From a candidate division WOR-3 bacterium (GTDB lineage: Bacteria; Hydrothermota; Tepidihabitantia; SM23-42; JAOAFX01), in NCBI GenBank assembly GCA_039802265.1, contig JBDRWI010000017.1, positions 1 to 37,262 of the forward strand: a stretch of 37,262 bases of DNA, in the 5' to 3' direction. Below, one piece after another: positions 34,576 to 37,262 of this stretch. Positions within the stretch are counted from its first letter, which is position 1. Each line of letters opens with the position of its first letter. Position numbers and translations under genes: made by a program. The notes under the pieces are model-generated. The model ran no database searches. It had not been told where the DNA came from and saw only the letters and a program-made list of their open reading frames with translations.

Positions 34576-36854
34576 TGAAGTGTCCTTTTCTTGTAAAGAG
34601 AAAGGAGATATACGACAAAGATGGTAAGCGTATTGCTGAGGAGATAGAATTAAAGGATTGTATAAAGAATGAATGTATGGTTTACGATGGTTCGGCGAAA
34701 CTTTGTTCCTTTCTTTCTACAAATATCAAAAACGGCATTATCATTGAAGAATTCAAAAATGGAATAAAGGCAGTAAAAGAAGAGATGTTTCAACGCACCG
34801 AGGCCCTGGGTGTCATTATTTCTACTACAATTCAGACATTGCAGGATGCCCTGCTTGGTCGTTTTGATGTTTTAAAGAAACAGAATGAGGTTATTGCCCT
34901 GGGCTTTGACCGTCTTTCCGAAATTCAAGGTAGCCTTATTGATGCGATTAGGAATTCTTCACGGGAGGTCACTGAACATATTAACAATCTCCTCACTACC
35001 TTTAAATCAGCCGGTGATAATATTAAAGCGCTTGAAGGGATAATAGATACAATTGCTCAAGGACAGGCGCGGCTGGCAGATGAGACAAAGGATTTATTAA
35101 ACGGACTGAAGGGCGATTTTGAGAAGTTAGGAAATGTCTTTGGCAGCAGCACCGAACCCTTGAAGAATGAGATTGCCAGATTGATTACCACCTATCAGAT
35201 TGGGGTTGAGGCAATAAACGGTGAGATAAATAAATCTAATTTGACGCTTGCAGAGATTTTAAAGAAATTTGAAAATTTTGATAACCTTTTGAATAGTATC
35301 AATAGCATTGGCGATTTGATGAAGAGCGAAAGTGCTGGAGTAAAGGCGGAATTTGTTAATAGCCTGGGAACGCTGATTGGAAAGTTTGATGAATTTAGAA
35401 TTCTGTTTGTTGATACGCTGAATTTATACAAGAGCGAAATTGAGGCATTGAATAATAAGTCCCAGGAGTTGATTAATACATTTAATGCCCGATTTGAAGA
35501 TTTTAAGGCAGTATTTGCTGATGCAACAAGAAGCAATAAAGAAGACCTCCAGAGTTTACTGCAAAGATTGCAAACAATCACCGATAACATTCCCGCAAAC
35601 TTGAAAGAAACCAGTGAAATGCTGAAAAATGAGATTGGGGTATTCAAAAATGAATCGGTGGTAATATTAAGTAATCTCCAGGGTGGGCTGGATAGATTAA
35701 CCGAATTCCTGCGCGAGATTCAGAATAGTTTGGTAAAGTTACATGATACAATTGAGGTTACAAATCGCAATTATCTGGAGGCACTGGGAAGATTCTCAAG
35801 CCTTGGTGATGGCCTTAGGGCGAACTTTGAGGGTCTCGGTGCTGAACTGAAGGAGCGATTCGCCGAATATTTAAAAACTCTGAACGAAGAATTGGGGATA
35901 ATTGAAAATAGGGTTGCGAACCCGGTTGCCAGTATTCAGACGAATATTTCCCAATTTGAAGACTACCTTGGCAAGATCAATACCAGTATTGCCAATATGA
36001 GTGAGATGATGAACAATTTAAATCGCAACTATCTTGAGTCATTAGGAAAGATTGCGGGTCTTGCCGAGGGTATGCGTAAGGGTGTTGAGGCAGTTGGCGA
36101 AAATATGAATGAGGCGGTAAAGGGACTGATAAGTGAGATGAAAAAGGAGATAGGGGCACTTGAGGAACAATATCAGAAGACATTCAGCGATATTGCCCAA
36201 CTTGCCGGAAAATTTGAACAACTCAATGACAAGATTGGCAGTATGACTGACGAGATTAATAGTGAGTTTAATGAGACCTTAAAGAAACAGACTGAAATGA
36301 CCAATGTCTCAAGCGACATTTTGAAACAGATTAAAGATTACTTTGAAAAAGAGGAACTACGCCATAAAGAAGAGGAGATTCGTAAGAGAAAGAAAGATGC
36401 CCTTGACCATTTTGACCGGTCAACATTATACTATTATCGGGGTAATTACGAGCTGGCGCTTGGTGAGATAGAAAAGGCGCTGGATTTAGATAAACTTGCT
36501 GAGTATCTTAATCTTAAGGGTCTCATACTAACTGAACTGGGGAGACCGGATGAGGCTAAAACTGCCTACCAGGAGGCATTAAGATTAGAGCCGAATCTTG
36601 CCGAGTTATACAATAATCTGGGTTTGCTCTATATAAAGACAAGGAATCTGAACGATGCAGCTATGGCATTTCAGGAGGCAATAAAAAAGAATGTCAATTA
36701 TACACTTGCCTATGTCCATCTGGGCAAGGTCTTACTTGAACTGGAACGATTTGATGAGGCAATCAATGCCTTTGAGCAGGCATTGAAGATTGATCCAACA
36801 AATAAAGAGGCAAAAGAGGCAATTGCCTTGTACAAAGAAGGAAAACTTGGTTAA
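34575..36854 (+). CDS. Protein with N-terminal four-Cys motif, long coiled-coil/helical-repeat body and C-terminal TPRs
   Basis: MKCPF...DCIKNECMVYDGSAKLC, about 550 aa of heptad-rich helix and four TPRs (LYNNLGLLYIK, AYVHLGKVLLELERFDEAINAFEQALKIDP); SD GGGAGG; TGATG coupling. Confidence 0.82.
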   Translation: MKCPFLVKRKEIYDKDGKRIAEEIELKDCIKNECMVYDGSAKLCSFLSTNIKNGIIIEEFKNGIKAVKEEMFQRTEALGVIISTTIQTLQDALLGRFDVLKKQNEVIALGFDRLSEIQGSLIDAIRNSSREVTEHINNLLTTFKSAGDNIKALEGIIDTIAQGQARLADETKDLLNGLKGDFEKLGNVFGSSTEPLKNEIARLITTYQIGVEAINGEINKSNLTLAEILKKFENFDNLLNSINSIGDLMKSESAGVKAEFVNSLGTLIGKFDEFRILFVDTLNLYKSEIEALNNKSQELINTFNARFEDFKAVFADATRSNKEDLQSLLQRLQTITDNIPANLKETSEMLKNEIGVFKNESVVILSNLQGGLDRLTEFLREIQNSLVKLHDTIEVTNRNYLEALGRFSSLGDGLRANFEGLGAELKERFAEYLKTLNEELGIIENRVANPVASIQTNISQFEDYLGKINTSIANMSEMMNNLNRNYLESLGKIAGLAEGMRKGVEAVGENMNEAVKGLISEMKKEIGALEEQYQKTFSDIAQLAGKFEQLNDKIGSMTDEINSEFNETLKKQTEMTNVSSDILKQIKDYFEKEELRHKEEEIRKRKKDALDHFDRSTLYYYRGNYELALGEIEKALDLDKLAEYLNLKGLILTELGRPDEAKTAYQEALRLEPNLAELYNNLGLLYIKTRNLNDAAMAFQEAIKKNVNYTLAYVHLGKVLLELERFDEAINAFEQALKIDPTNKEAKEAIALYKEGKLG

Positions 36855-36863
36855 AGGGGGCCT

Positions 36864-37223
36864 ATGGAATTTCTCAAAAAATTGAAAAAGGATAAAAAGG
36901 CTGAATCGGTATTTGATCTGTTGATTGAAAAGAAGCAGAAGAAAGAAGAAATTGAGGAAAGACCACCAGATATGGAGGTCACCGAAATCAGTCCGGAAAA
37001 GGCACCCCCACCGGTAATTCAGGAAAAACCCGAACCGACCCCGAAGCGTGAATTTAGAACCGAAGGAATGCATGAATTTGATATCGAAAGTCTTGGTGCC
37101 TCGACGAGTGCCGGTTTAAAGATTGAATATAAAGCAAGGATTGTCGCATTGATTGATGAAGATAAAATCGACGAGGCGATTGCATTGTTGCAAGAACTCA
37201 AAGAGAAACTCAAAGGTTTATAG
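36864..37223 (+). CDS. Hypothetical protein (charged, Pro-rich linker, C-terminal helical hairpin)
   Basis: SD-like AAGGGGG, same strand as and tightly spaced with its neighbours, 119 aa. Confidence 0.7.
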   Translation: MEFLKKLKKDKKAESVFDLLIEKKQKKEEIEERPPDMEVTEISPEKAPPPVIQEKPEPTPKREFRTEGMHEFDIESLGASTSAGLKIEYKARIVALIDEDKIDEAIALLQELKEKLKGL

Positions 37224-37262
37224 TGAATGTTATTATTCCGGTTGCCGGTGAGGGAGTTCGTT
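37223..37262 (+). CDS. 5' end of a sugar-phosphate nucleotidyltransferase family gene (truncated by the window)
   Basis: GTG overlapping the upstream TAG reads MNVIIPVAGEGVR, matching the xIIPxAGxGxR NTP-transferase signature. Confidence 0.75.
   Translation, partial: MNVIIPVAGEGVR

Noticed and set aside
1..37262. CRISPR array, rRNA, transposase or recognisable anti-phage system
   Set aside because: I saw no regularly spaced repeats, rRNA-like segments or transposase motifs. The TPR proteins lack visible nuclease, NTPase, TIR or caspase domains.

Overview
Bacterial chromosomal window of moderate GC, densely coding, with no rRNA, CRISPR array or intact mobile element. The T9SS-like C-terminal sorting domains and general gene style suggest an FCB-related lineage such as candidate phylum WOR-3 (inference only). 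The left half is mostly housekeeping: uppS-cdsA-rarA, a tRNA nucleotidyltransferase with CC-adding features, mutL, a GHL10-like hydrolase, deoC, tRNA-Gly(TCC), DJ-1/PfpI, dtd, yicC, gmk, an MBL-fold protein, and on the minus strand iscS-mnmA-holB-Mut7C. The most notable block is an 8-gene chemosensory operon at 16995-26693. It encodes a soluble receptor with two degenerate MCP signalling hairpins fused to a C-terminal DppA/OppA-type binding domain, then cheW, cheY, a P2-less cheA, cheC, a 794-aa TPR protein, a TPR-Roadblock fusion and a stand-alone Roadblock/LC7 protein. There is no cheR, cheB, cheD, flagellar or mglA gene in the window. After pcm and alr comes a second unusual cluster: TsaP-like LysM protein, stand-alone cNMP-binding protein, small membrane protein, 1243-aa TPR protein and a Cys-motif/coiled-coil/TPR protein. 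Features missed by the ORF track include an in-frame nonsense codon in a sorting signal, an orphan sorting-signal fragment, six promoters with 16-bp spacers (five placed for leaderless translation) and several structured intergenic elements.
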